From contig OY761159.2 of NCBI GenBank assembly GCA_963664395.2, forward strand, positions 128,001-192,000: a DNA stretch of 64,000 nucleotides. The letters run 5' to 3'. Positions 28,580 to 39,655 of the stretch are shown one piece after another. How positions within the stretch are numbered: the first letter of the stretch is position 1; each line of letters begins with the position of its first letter. The notes below the pieces were generated by a model. The model searched no databases. It was not told the origin of the DNA and saw only the letters and a program-made list of their open reading frames with translations. The position numbers were made by a program, and so were the translations under genes. The stretch comes from Candidatus Binatia bacterium. GTDB taxonomy: Bacteria > Desulfobacterota > Binatia > Bin18.

Positions 28580-29695
28580 CTACCACATCTGCCGGAGCAG
28601 TCCGAGCAGCGCCTCCTCCCCACCCTGTTGGTTATGCCACAGGGAACTCTCTTTAATTACTTCCTCGGCAACGATAGACAGTTCGTCTTCTTTGGCACCG
28701 ACATCGCGCAGGCGGGTCGGTACGTCGAGCGACCGAATAAAGGCTTCAACCGTGTCAGCCGCTTCAGCCGCAACGGCCTCAGGACTGCGTCCGTTCATCT
28801 GAATACCCAGCGCCTCGGCAATCATGCCCTGCTGCTTCAACGTTTGCGGAGCCAGAAAGCGCATACAGTGTGGGATAGTGATGCACGAGGTCACCCCGTG
28901 TGGAACGTCCCAACGCGCGCCGATCTGATGCCCGAAAATATGACTTAAGCGTACCCCAACATTGGTCAATCCAAATATGGACAACCAGGCTGCGACCTGA
29001 CATTCACCCCGCGCTTCGAGATTATCGGGTTCTTCGATGGATACAGGAAGATACCGATGCAGCTTGCGGATTGCCTCCATAGCCAGCACGTCAGTCACCG
29101 GCTGTGGATTGACCGACCAAATAGCTTCAATGGCATGATCCATCGCTTTCATGCCGGTGGCGGTCCAGAGCTGCTTGGGCGTGGGCAGAGTAACTTCGGG
29201 ATCGAGAATCACTGTCTTGGGACAAATGCGCGGGTCCGTTCGCAGCCCTTTAACCCGTGTATCTTCGTCAGTGATGCCGGCGAAGGGCGTAAACTCACCC
29301 GCAGACAGGGTCGTAGAAATCGCAATCTGGGGCATAGCCTCTTGGGGCTGGCCCTCCTGGAGTAGTTCCATGGCCACAATCTTGGCCGCATCAATCGGGC
29401 TGCCACCGCCAAAAGCAATAATTGCGTCGGCCCGGACCTCCCGCGCTTGCGCGACTGCGGCGGCGACAGTCTGACTCGGTACATGTTGGCGGATACCGTT
29501 ATTCGTGCCGGCCCAGCGCTCACCCAGCAGGTTTTCCAGCTTTTTCACAAGATCGGTCTTGGTCGAAAGACTGTTGCCCGTCAGGACGAGCGCTCGTTTT
29601 TTGCCCAAGCGGTCCAGTTCTTCAGTGACTTTTTCCAGCGCTCCAATCCCAAAGATCACTTTCTCCAGCATGGGAAATTTATATTCGCGAATCAT
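28580..29695 (-). CDS. Iron-containing alcohol dehydrogenase (maleylacetate reductase-like)
   Basis: GGGSPIDAAK, TTLSAGE, DHAIE, HIFGH, HGVTS. Confidence 0.9.
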   Translation of the reverse strand: MIREYKFPMLEKVIFGIGALEKVTEELDRLGKKRALVLTGNSLSTKTDLVKKLENLLGERWAGTNNGIRQHVPSQTVAAAVAQAREVRADAIIAFGGGSPIDAAKIVAMELLQEGQPQEAMPQIAISTTLSAGEFTPFAGITDEDTRVKGLRTDPRICPKTVILDPEVTLPTPKQLWTATGMKAMDHAIEAIWSVNPQPVTDVLAMEAIRKLHRYLPVSIEEPDNLEARGECQVAAWLSIFGLTNVGVRLSHIFGHQIGARWDVPHGVTSCITIPHCMRFLAPQTLKQQGMIAEALGIQMNGRSPEAVAAEAADTVEAFIRSLDVPTRLRDVGAKEDELSIVAEEVIKESSLWHNQQGGEEALLGLLRQMW

Positions 29696-29901
29696 GTTGC
29701 CTCCTTACGACTCTAGCTCTGCTTTGATTCTAATGCGCCGCCATTATTCGGGTGAGGCTTTGGGTTTGTCAATCGCTATGCGGGCATCTTGTCTGTACTC
29801 CCAGGGCTATGCTCAGGCATGACGCAGGCTTGCATGCCGAGGTCTTCTTCGACACAGTATATTCAACCCACCACACTTAATACACTTGAGGAGGACGACA
29901 T

Positions 29902-30681
29902 ATGAAACGGCCCCTGACATTATTGGCGCTGTTTGGCCTGTGGCTGATGAGTATGCCGGGTCTGGCATTCGACGAAAGCAAAATTATTGACCTGACGTAT
30001 CCGTACAATGAACACACCATCTCGTGGCCAACGGCCAAGCCGTATGAACTCGAAGTCGTGGCCGCGCGAAGAACGGACGCCGGCTATTGGTATGCGGCCA
30101 ATAATATCTGTCTGGCCGAGCATAGCGGCACCCATATGGACGCGCCGATTCATTTTGCGGAAGGAACGCGGACCATCAGCGAGGTGCCGGTTGAGCAGCT
30201 CATCGGTCCGGCGGTTGTGATTGATGTCAGCGCCAAGGCCGCTCAGGATGCCGATTACCGCGTCAGCGTGGCGGATATCCAGGCCTGGGAGTCCGTCCAC
30301 GGTGAGATTCCCACAGGAGCACAGGTGCTCATGTTGAGTGGCTGGGGAAAGTACTGGCCGGATAAAAAACGCTACCTGGGGACAGACAAGTCGGGTGATG
30401 TCGCCAATCTCCACTTTCCGGGCTTTTCACGCGAGGCGGCTGAGTTCCTTATCTCGCACCGCGAGATAGATGCGGTGGGCGTGGATACGCCCAGCATCGA
30501 CTCCGGCCAGTCGAAAGATTTTATTGTCCACCAGATTGTGAATGGTGCAAACAAGCCGGGTCTGGAAAACATCGCCAATCTGGATAAGCTGCCGCCACGC
30601 GGCGCAACGCTCATTGCCCTCCCGATGAAAATCGCCAAAGGCTCAGGCGCGCCGGTTCGGATTATTGCGATTCTGCCGTGA
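29902..30681 (+). CDS. Cyclase family (kynurenine formamidase-like) metal hydrolase with signal peptide
   Basis: EHSGTHMDAPIHF, GVDTPSID, LENIANL, GSGAPVR. Confidence 0.9.
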   Translation: MKRPLTLLALFGLWLMSMPGLAFDESKIIDLTYPYNEHTISWPTAKPYELEVVAARRTDAGYWYAANNICLAEHSGTHMDAPIHFAEGTRTISEVPVEQLIGPAVVIDVSAKAAQDADYRVSVADIQAWESVHGEIPTGAQVLMLSGWGKYWPDKKRYLGTDKSGDVANLHFPGFSREAAEFLISHREIDAVGVDTPSIDSGQSKDFIVHQIVNGANKPGLENIANLDKLPPRGATLIALPMKIAKGSGAPVRIIAILP

Positions 30682-30766
30682 GAAAAATCAGGATAGCCGA
30701 TCCACCTGGGAACGTAGTGCATCAAGCTACAAACGGTCGAGTTTAGCTTCTAGTGTGTAAGGTCTT

Positions 30767-31420
30767 ATGTCCAACCAGAAACCTCTGACAGTGTATCTGG
30801 TCCGTCACGGAGAAACAGCCTGGAATGAAGAAGGACGCTGCCAAGGCGTTACGGATATCCCGCTGACCGATAAGGGCCTACGCCAAGCTCGGGCAGTGGC
30901 GAAAGCTCTTGAGCGCGAGCCCATTTGTCGGCTCCTCACCAGCCCATTGCAACGCGCTCGCGACACCGCCGCTTTAATCGCACACCCGCACGCTGTCTCA
31001 CTTGAGTGTTATGACGAACTCAAGGAGTGGGATCAGGGCAGATTAGAGGGGCTGACCGGCCCGGAGTTAATGAAAGACTATCCGGGCTTCTTTGAGCGCT
31101 GGCTTGCCGACCCAGCCGGGACTGCTCCACCGGGGGGTGAACCTTTGAAAGATTTACAAGAGCGCGCTTGGCCGATTCTTGACCGGCTGCGGCAACACGA
31201 TCCAAACGAGCAGACCGGGCCGGTTGTCGTAGTCAGCCACACACTTACGACCGCGGTCATTATATGCGCCGCGCTCGGTCTTGATCTCGCTCAGGTCCAT
31301 CGTCTCAAAATTGATCTGGCCTCGATCAGCCGCCTGATTTTTACCGAGTTTGGCCCTTTTACGATGTGGCGGCTCGCCGCACTGAATGACCGGCATCATT
31401 TGTCCACTGAGTTGTCTTAA
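30767..31420 (+). CDS. Histidine phosphatase family protein
   Basis: LVRHGET, SPLQRARDT, VVSH, LNDRHH. Confidence 0.92.
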   Translation: MSNQKPLTVYLVRHGETAWNEEGRCQGVTDIPLTDKGLRQARAVAKALEREPICRLLTSPLQRARDTAALIAHPHAVSLECYDELKEWDQGRLEGLTGPELMKDYPGFFERWLADPAGTAPPGGEPLKDLQERAWPILDRLRQHDPNEQTGPVVVVSHTLTTAVIICAALGLDLAQVHRLKIDLASISRLIFTEFGPFTMWRLAALNDRHHLSTELS

Positions 31421-31693
31421 TCACAATCCCCGTAAGAGTCGTTCGAGGTCTTTTCGATCTATCACTCTCAAAATGACGATGGTCTGCCCGCGCTCCTCAA
31501 AAATCGACCGATATGTTCCGGTTCTGAGACGATAAAGTTCGTATCCCCTGAGCTTTCTAATCTTTGGCGGTCCAGGCCAAGTCGTTGTTTCGAGAATCGA
31601 GAAATCTTCGAGAATCTGCTTCCTTGCAGAGGGGGGAAGCTTGCGCAGGTCTCGGAGGGCACGCGGGGCGATCTCAACCAACCGTTGCGCCAT
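31421..31693 (-). CDS. Type II toxin, RelE/ParE family
   Basis: ALRDLRKL, KLRGYELYRLRTGTYRSIF, VIDRKD. Confidence 0.87.
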   Translation of the reverse strand: MAQRLVEIAPRALRDLRKLPPSARKQILEDFSILETTTWPGPPKIRKLRGYELYRLRTGTYRSIFEERGQTIVILRVIDRKDLERLLRGL

Positions 31694-31947
31694 TAGTCCG
31701 CCAACAGCTCTTTTGCCTGCTGGAGCGATAGGCCACCCTCTTCTTCGTATTCCTGCTTTGCTGCATCGATCTCCTCAAGAAAATGCGGCTGACTGAGAAC
31801 GAGATCGTCAATATCGTCTTCGGTCAGTTTCACCAGAGCAGCCTGCGGTTTTCCATGTTTCGTCACGATGACTTTCTCTCCTTTGGCCACTCGCTTGAGC
31901 ACCTCGGGCGTTTGAATCCGGAGTTCTCGAACACTGACAAATTTCAT
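31693..31947 (-). CDS. Phd/YefM family antitoxin
   Basis: MKFVSVRELR...GEKVIVTKHGKPQAALV; TAATG coupling to the toxin; AAGGA RBS. Confidence 0.9.
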   Translation of the reverse strand: MKFVSVRELRIQTPEVLKRVAKGEKVIVTKHGKPQAALVKLTEDDIDDLVLSQPHFLEEIDAAKQEYEEEGGLSLQQAKELLAD

Positions 31948-32100
31948 GCAACTATCCTTTATTATGTTACTCAAATGTTCAACTAGAACTAACATTCCGA
32001 TCAAAGAGAAAGCAAGGTCGGGAAAGCAAAGTGCCGTTCCCGCGTCCTCCGCTTTCTGGTACAGTACCCGCCAATCTTCACCAGAACAGGGAGCGTTCAC

Positions 32101-33036
32101 ATGGGCGGAACGAAAATAGGTATTGGCTTTGGGTTATGGGGGCTCGGTTTACCGAGTCCGGACACGATCTGTGACTACGCTGAGCGGGCCGAGGATCAGG
32201 GGATCGACTCCATCTGGCTGTCCGATCATATTGTGGCACGCAATCCTTCGTTTGATACGGCCTGTATTATGGCGATGTGGGCCGGACGGACGAAGAAAAT
32301 CAAAATGGGCCCGAGTGTGTTGACCATGCCGGCCCGCGATCCTGTTCAGGTCGCCAAAACCTATGCCACCCTGGATTATCTGTCGGGAAGCTGCAACCGG
32401 GTGATCATGGCGGTCGGCCTGGGGAGCGACCCCAAAGACTGCCAGGCCTGCGGCGTGCCGCTGAAAAACCGTGGCAAACGGATGGCGGAAGCCGTTGCCG
32501 TCATGCGCAAGCTCTGGGCAGGTCCCAATGTAACCCACCAGGGTGAGTTTTATCAGTTTGAAGATGTGACCATTGAACCCCGCCCGGCAAAAGGCGCACT
32601 CGATGTCTGGATTGGGGGCGGGAGTGATTTAGCCATCAAACGCACGGTGCGCTATGGCGACGGCTGGTTTCCTTCGCTCGTTACTCCCCAGGAATATGCG
32701 GCTGGTCTTCGGAAGATGTTCGAGTACGGCAAGCAGTACGGCCGTAAGGTAGACCCGGACGAAACGGGTGTGCTGATCTTCACCCATATCAATGAGAACC
32801 AAAAAAAGGCCGACGAGATCGCGCGCGCGTTTTTGTCTGATTTTCCCACTATGTCAGCCGAGCCGCTGATCGCCCGTTCTGCAATTGGCCCGGCAGAGAT
32901 GTGCCTGGAGAAAGTCCAGGCCTATATTGATGAAGGCTGCTCCAAATTCGTGCTCTGGCCCATTGCCCCACCGGATCAGTTAGTGGGCCAGGTAGAGACC
33001 TTTGGACAGAAAATTGTTCCCCACTTCGTCTCGTGA
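32101..33036 (+). CDS. LLM-class flavin-dependent oxidoreductase
   Basis: GIDSIWLSDH, RDPVQVAKTYATLD, VWIGG, GDGWFP. Confidence 0.9.
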   Translation: MGGTKIGIGFGLWGLGLPSPDTICDYAERAEDQGIDSIWLSDHIVARNPSFDTACIMAMWAGRTKKIKMGPSVLTMPARDPVQVAKTYATLDYLSGSCNRVIMAVGLGSDPKDCQACGVPLKNRGKRMAEAVAVMRKLWAGPNVTHQGEFYQFEDVTIEPRPAKGALDVWIGGGSDLAIKRTVRYGDGWFPSLVTPQEYAAGLRKMFEYGKQYGRKVDPDETGVLIFTHINENQKKADEIARAFLSDFPTMSAEPLIARSAIGPAEMCLEKVQAYIDEGCSKFVLWPIAPPDQLVGQVETFGQKIVPHFVS

Positions 33037-33108
33037 TTCCCCCGCTCAGACCTCTCAGGACCCATAACTCGTTACGCCATTACCCCTCGCTATTTATTAG
33101 TCATCGTT

Positions 33109-34713
<1,605 letters not shown>

Positions 34714-34816
34714 CGCTGGGGGCACCCCCGCTTATCCGGACTGTCCAGACCCGCTATAGTGTTTCCCTTCTCTCCTTGGCAGTAACGGTATATGCAATAA
34801 GGAGCGGTATATTGGT

Positions 34817-35395
34817 ATGAGCTCGCGACCAGCACAAGGTATCGAGGACTACGTGCGCAACATTCTCCAACACATGGGAGAAGACCCGGACCGGGAGGGC
34901 TTACTCAAGACTCCGCATCGGGTGGCCCGCGCGTTTGAATATCTCACCAAAGGCTATCAACAAGACCCGAAAGAAGTCATTAACGGGGCCATCTTTACCG
35001 AAGAAGACTACTCCGAGATGATTGTCGTCAAAGACATCGATTTCTTCTCGATGTGCGAGCACCATATCCTGCCCTTTTTTGGCCGCGCCAACGTGGCCTA
35101 TATTCCGGACAAACATATTGTGGGGATCAGTAAGATCGCGCGGCTCGTTGACGTGTACGCCCGACGCTTGCAGGTACAAGAACGGCTCACAACCCAAGTG
35201 GCCAATACCATCATGGAAGAGTTGGACCCGGTAGGCGTTGGCGTGATCATCACCGCCGAACACCTATGCATGCGTATGCGGGGAGTGGAAAAGCAGAACT
35301 CAATCGTCACGACCAGCGCGACCCTGGGGGCATTTCGGACCCATCAGGAGACACGCGAGGAATTTATCACCCTCGTCAATGGGCGTCAGCGTTGA
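34817..35395 (+). CDS. folE: GTP cyclohydrolase I
   Basis: [44 protein letters not shown]. Confidence 0.97.
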   Translation: MSSRPAQGIEDYVRNILQHMGEDPDREGLLKTPHRVARAFEYLTKGYQQDPKEVINGAIFTEEDYSEMIVVKDIDFFSMCEHHILPFFGRANVAYIPDKHIVGISKIARLVDVYARRLQVQERLTTQVANTIMEELDPVGVGVIITAEHLCMRMRGVEKQNSIVTTSATLGAFRTHQETREEFITLVNGRQR

Positions 35396-37335
35396 GGCAG
35401 GTAGTCTTGCGCGAAGACCCCAATGGCGTTGTCGAGGTTCAATAAGGCGATCTGGTAGGTGTAGGTTTGATCAATCAGCTGAGTGCGGACCTGGTTGAGG
35501 GCGTTCAGCGCCGTATTGATGTCGAGACTGGTCGAGAGTCCAACCCGGTATTGCTTCGACGTCATATCATAATTCTCGCGCGCCAGCGTCACCTCTTTGC
35601 GCAAGGTCTCCAGTGTCGCGTGTAGCGTCTCAACAGTTAAAAGCGCCTCCCGTACCTCAACCCGAATCTGTTTCTCTAGTTCAGTCACGCGCAATTCAGC
35701 CTGAGAGAAGTTCTCGTTTGCCTCAAGCAGGTCGATTTCTCGCTTCCCGCCATCAAAGATCGCCCAGCGGAGGTTCACAAACAGGGTCCAAAATTCATCC
35801 CGGTTGGCAAACGTCTCCGGGTCAAGCCGGGGATACGAGAATTGGGCATTGACCTGCGGGAAGTAGCGGGTCAGGACAAGATTTTTACGCTCGCGGGCAA
35901 CGCCGACGGCCAAATTCTGAGCACGTAAGTCTTGGCGTTGGGCATAGGCTTGGTCAAGGAGGCTGGTATAGTCACTCCCGGTTTGCTGGGGTGGAGAGGG
36001 TTCCTGCACGCCGACCACTTCGGACAGACCCACCGTTCGGGCCAGAACCGTACGGGCTAGTTTAAGACGGTTCCGATCAACGACAAGGGCCCGTCCGGCA
36101 CGCTCGACTGCAACCTCCGCGCGCAACACATCCGTCTTCGTAACCTCGCCGACGCGAAATCGGACGCGCGCCCGTTTCAGTTCCTCCTGCGCGAGATTCA
36201 GGGCATCTTGCGTGACCTTCACTTGGGCTTCAAACCGCAACACTTCGTAGTAGGCTTGCGCAACACCAAACAACACGCCCCGAATAGTGAACTCGTACCG
36301 CTCCTCCTCCTCCCGAACCGCTTCTTTGCCGAGTCGCCAGGACGGGAAAAACAAGGGTTCAAGAAGCGGCTGGGTGACTTGAAATGTGGTAAGCCAATTA
36401 TTCCGTGGGCGAATGACCGAGGAGCCACCAAAAAGACTTTGCGCTTCAGGAGGGGCATTAAAGGCAATCGCATCCTTATTGCGGGAATAGGAGCCGCCGA
36501 TTTCACCCCGGGGCGTCATCAGTGCAATCGCCCGCCACGGCAGGAGTTCCGCTTTTGCCAGCTCGCGCGCGGCTATTGCGACCTGTTCTTCATTGACAAC
36601 AGCAAGCTGGTAGGCTTCTTCCAAAGCGATTACCCGGCTCGGACTCTCGGCGAGGGGGTGGATGGTCGCGGTCGCCCTTGTTGTGGTTTGCTCCGCTTCC
36701 GCCTCCTCCGGCGGGAGTGTCTTGGCAGCGGTTTGCGTAGCCGCCTCCGGTGGCTGTACTTTCGACTCTATGACCGGTGTAGCTACGGGAGCCGCAGGAC
36801 TCTCATCTTCGACGCGAGCGACAGCCTCTTCGGGTTCAGTTGTCGCATCAGCCCGAGGGATTTCTTCTGAGGGAGGGCCGATTGAAATCTGCAAACGTGG
36901 CGGATCAGATAAGAGCGTCACCTGACACTCCCGTGAGGAAACAAGGTCCAGAACGACCCGGACCGTATCGGCTCGAAACTGGGCCGCCCGGACCTGAAGA
37001 ATCATTGCCGAGTCGACTGCCACATAACGCTGAGCCTGCCGGTCGAGTATAGCGGGAGTCAGGTCCACATAGCAGCGGTCCTTGAGGTTACGCTTGGCAT
37101 CTCCGGGCAGCGCCGCTTGGGAGAACGACACTGACTCTGACAGGGTAATGAGAACGCGGTCCGTATCGGCTGCTATTGACCGAACAGGACCCACCTTGTC
37201 TACTATCGACCGGGCAGGAGCTGAAGAGGCGACGGCCGCCGGAGCGAGTAGAAGTATACACACGCCGATCCAGCCTCCTGTCCACCACAAAGAGGCGTAT
37301 CTGAAAAAAGCATACGGCTGGAAAGCGTACTTCAT
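35386..37335 (-). CDS. TolC-family outer-membrane efflux protein fused to an N-terminal AMIN domain
   Basis: AMIN ([30 protein letters not shown]), Pro/Glu/Ala linker, then OEP repeats ([36 protein letters not shown]). Confidence 0.88.
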   Translation of the reverse strand: MKYAFQPYAFFRYASLWWTGGWIGVCILLLAPAAVASSAPARSIVDKVGPVRSIAADTDRVLITLSESVSFSQAALPGDAKRNLKDRCYVDLTPAILDRQAQRYVAVDSAMILQVRAAQFRADTVRVVLDLVSSRECQVTLLSDPPRLQISIGPPSEEIPRADATTEPEEAVARVEDESPAAPVATPVIESKVQPPEAATQTAAKTLPPEEAEAEQTTTRATATIHPLAESPSRVIALEEAYQLAVVNEEQVAIAARELAKAELLPWRAIALMTPRGEIGGSYSRNKDAIAFNAPPEAQSLFGGSSVIRPRNNWLTTFQVTQPLLEPLFFPSWRLGKEAVREEEERYEFTIRGVLFGVAQAYYEVLRFEAQVKVTQDALNLAQEELKRARVRFRVGEVTKTDVLRAEVAVERAGRALVVDRNRLKLARTVLARTVGLSEVVGVQEPSPPQQTGSDYTSLLDQAYAQRQDLRAQNLAVGVARERKNLVLTRYFPQVNAQFSYPRLDPETFANRDEFWTLFVNLRWAIFDGGKREIDLLEANENFSQAELRVTELEKQIRVEVREALLTVETLHATLETLRKEVTLARENYDMTSKQYRVGLSTSLDINTALNALNQVRTQLIDQTYTYQIALLNLDNAIGVFAQDYLPQR

Positions 37336-37443
37336 TGAGTCAAATCATGAGCGGGACATTGCACGCACTGGAGCGCTGAGCTGTATAGACTAAAGATGTA
37401 TCAGCGACTATCCGAAATGCCTATACGGCGCAACGGACTGGGC

Positions 37444-38271
37444 TTACCATTCCAGCCGCGGGGCGGCCGAAGAACCCGCATCCTGGCCTTCCCCCTGCAG
37501 CAGATACAGACCGCTGGGCGCCAATTGAAACGCGCGCTCATCGATCGCCTGCCGGCTGAAAAGACTGGATTGGGAAGTGCCCCCTTCGGGCGGCTGCTGA
37601 TCGAGCAGACTTAGTTGAGACGGTGTCCCCTCGGGCGTCTGCTGATCGAAAATACTGATGGCTTGCGCCGGTTGGGCTCCGGACGAAAACGGGGTGCGCA
37701 GGTCCAGATACTCAAGCGCTCCGGAGGCCTGGAGTTCCGCGGCGGGTTCCTGTCGAGCGACTGGGCGGGCCTGCTCTTCAGGAGCGGGCTCCTGTTGAAG
37801 CGGCTGAGTCAGCGGTTCCGCCGGCATGAAGCCTGCACCGTTCATATTATCCGGCCACGGCGAACGGCCAACAATAATCTGCAGCCGGTCCGGGTTAACA
37901 GCTTGCTTGACCTGGCAGGGCTGAGCGGTAAGGAGATCAAGAACGACGCGCACCGTCTGGGGCTGAAACTGAGCCACACGTACCTGTTGGACATGCTGCA
38001 AGTCCCCAGCATACACGCGTTGGACCCGTTGCCCTAACACGCCGGACACATCAACGTAGCAGCGGTCGGTACGCCCATGCCGCGGGTCCTTGGGCAACGC
38101 CGCCTGAGTATATACCGCAGCGGCTGACAGATGAATCGTGACCTGTTCGGCCGTGACCTCTATAGACTGAACGGCTGCCCTGCCCTCGCTGTTCGCAGCA
38201 AAACTCCAGGTCTCCCACAGGGCCAGGGGAACGGTCATACACAGCAACAACGCGAGTCTGGAAGGCTGCAT
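37444..38271 (-). CDS. Secreted AMIN-domain protein with low-complexity C-terminus
   Basis: Signal peptide; [30 protein letters not shown]; 45-nt internal duplication at 37562-37651. Confidence 0.8.
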   Translation of the reverse strand: MQPSRLALLLCMTVPLALWETWSFAANSEGRAAVQSIEVTAEQVTIHLSAAAVYTQAALPKDPRHGRTDRCYVDVSGVLGQRVQRVYAGDLQHVQQVRVAQFQPQTVRVVLDLLTAQPCQVKQAVNPDRLQIIVGRSPWPDNMNGAGFMPAEPLTQPLQQEPAPEEQARPVARQEPAAELQASGALEYLDLRTPFSSGAQPAQAISIFDQQTPEGTPSQLSLLDQQPPEGGTSQSSLFSRQAIDERAFQLAPSGLYLLQGEGQDAGSSAAPRLEW

Positions 38272-38339
38272 GATGGCGTATACTAGGACGCAAGGCGGTC
38301 TAAACAGTTCCTACCCGTATAAGCCCCTCTATAAAAAAG

Positions 38340-38717
38340 GGGAGGAGATCGGTAAGCCGGATTCTGTGCCCTTCCCTAACAAGAAAGGGCAACGGCCATT
38401 CCTCTAGGCGTATCGTTGCCGATACGCTCAAGCGATCGAACCCAGAGGGTGGAGTGGGGCGACTCTTGCCCATGCTACGGGCTCCTCTTATTTGATCTTG
38501 CTCCAGGTGGGGTTTACCCAGCATCCTTGATCCCTCAAGGACTTGGTGAGCTCTTACCTCACCTTTTCACCCTTACCAGTGAAGTTGCTGGCGGTCTCTT
38601 TTCTGTGGCACTTTCCCTGCCTTACGACACGCTGTCATTAGCAGCCACCCTGCCCCACGGAGTCCGGACTTTCCTCGCTCCTGCATGTACAGGACCGCGA
38701 CCGTTTAATCTCCTCCC
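38340..38717 (-). ncRNA. rnpB: RNase P RNA (type A)
   Basis: Minus strand reads GAGGAAAGTCCGGACTCC, GAAAGTGCCACAGAAA, GGTAAACCCCACCTGGAGCAAG and ACAGAATCCGGCTTA; P1 pairing GGGAGGAGAT/ATCTCCTCCC. Confidence 0.96.
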
Positions 38718-38725
38718 ACACTGTG

Positions 38726-39475
38726 TTAGGCGTCGGACGCTCCATCTGCCTCTAACCGTACGTACACAATCCGCCCACAGTAGGGATGCGGACAGTGGAA
38801 GATATGACTGCTGTCCTGCATTTGGCTACTCTGGATCTGATTACACATATGAGGCGGAATACGCATATGGCAGCCTTGGCAGGTTCCATCTCGCACTTCC
38901 ACAACAGCCAAAGCCCCACGATTACCGAAGATGCGCTCATAGCGCGCGCACAAACTTGCGTCTAAGTTCGCAACGATCTGGTCCCGTTGTCTGCGGTCGG
39001 CCTGCGTCTCCTCTTCCAAGGTCGCTATTTGCGTTTCTACGTTCGCCGTCTCCTCAGTAAGCTGTGTTTGGAGTTCTGCTATGCGCGTTTGGACGTCGAC
39101 GAGCTGTAGTTGTTCTTCTTCGAGCTGCCCCAGCACACTCAGAACGCTTTCTTCTATCAGGCCATTCGCCTCTTTCATCGACTCAATTTCACGCTGGAGT
39201 ACGAGCAGTTCCCGTTCATTCCGCACACGGTTCAAGCGGACCCGTTTCTCTTTGATTTTTTCTTCTTCCAGCTTGAGTTGTCCATCCACCTCGCGCTGCT
39301 GACTTTCCAGTTTGCCGATTCGTTGTTGCCGCTCCTCGGCCTCGCGCTCCCGCATTTCTTTCTCGGCCATAATGGTGGCAACCTGCTGATGGAGATCTTT
39401 CAGTTGCTGCTCTTTCCGCTGAAGGCGCTGATCAAGCTCTTGTAGGCTGACCAGCTGGGTGATCTGCGTGGTCAA
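38726..39475 (-). CDS. Coiled-coil protein with C4 zinc-ribbon (DUF164/CT398-like)
   Basis: LVSLQELD, long coiled coil, CQGCHMRIPP..CPHPYCGRI; TTG start after AAGGAGG. Confidence 0.9.
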   Translation of the reverse strand: MTTQITQLVSLQELDQRLQRKEQQLKDLHQQVATIMAEKEMREREAEERQQRIGKLESQQREVDGQLKLEEEKIKEKRVRLNRVRNERELLVLQREIESMKEANGLIEESVLSVLGQLEEEQLQLVDVQTRIAELQTQLTEETANVETQIATLEEETQADRRQRDQIVANLDASLCARYERIFGNRGALAVVEVRDGTCQGCHMRIPPHMCNQIQSSQMQDSSHIFHCPHPYCGRIVYVRLEADGASDA

Positions 39476-39532
39476 TGCTGACCTCCTTTCACATCCGGTT
39501 TCCGTAGAGAGGTACTCCCCCTCCGTACTGTA

Positions 39533-39606
<74 letters not shown>

Positions 39607-39655
39607 ATCTCTCCGCCTCAGCGGTCCTTTTTATACCATGCTCCTGGTAGTTTTC

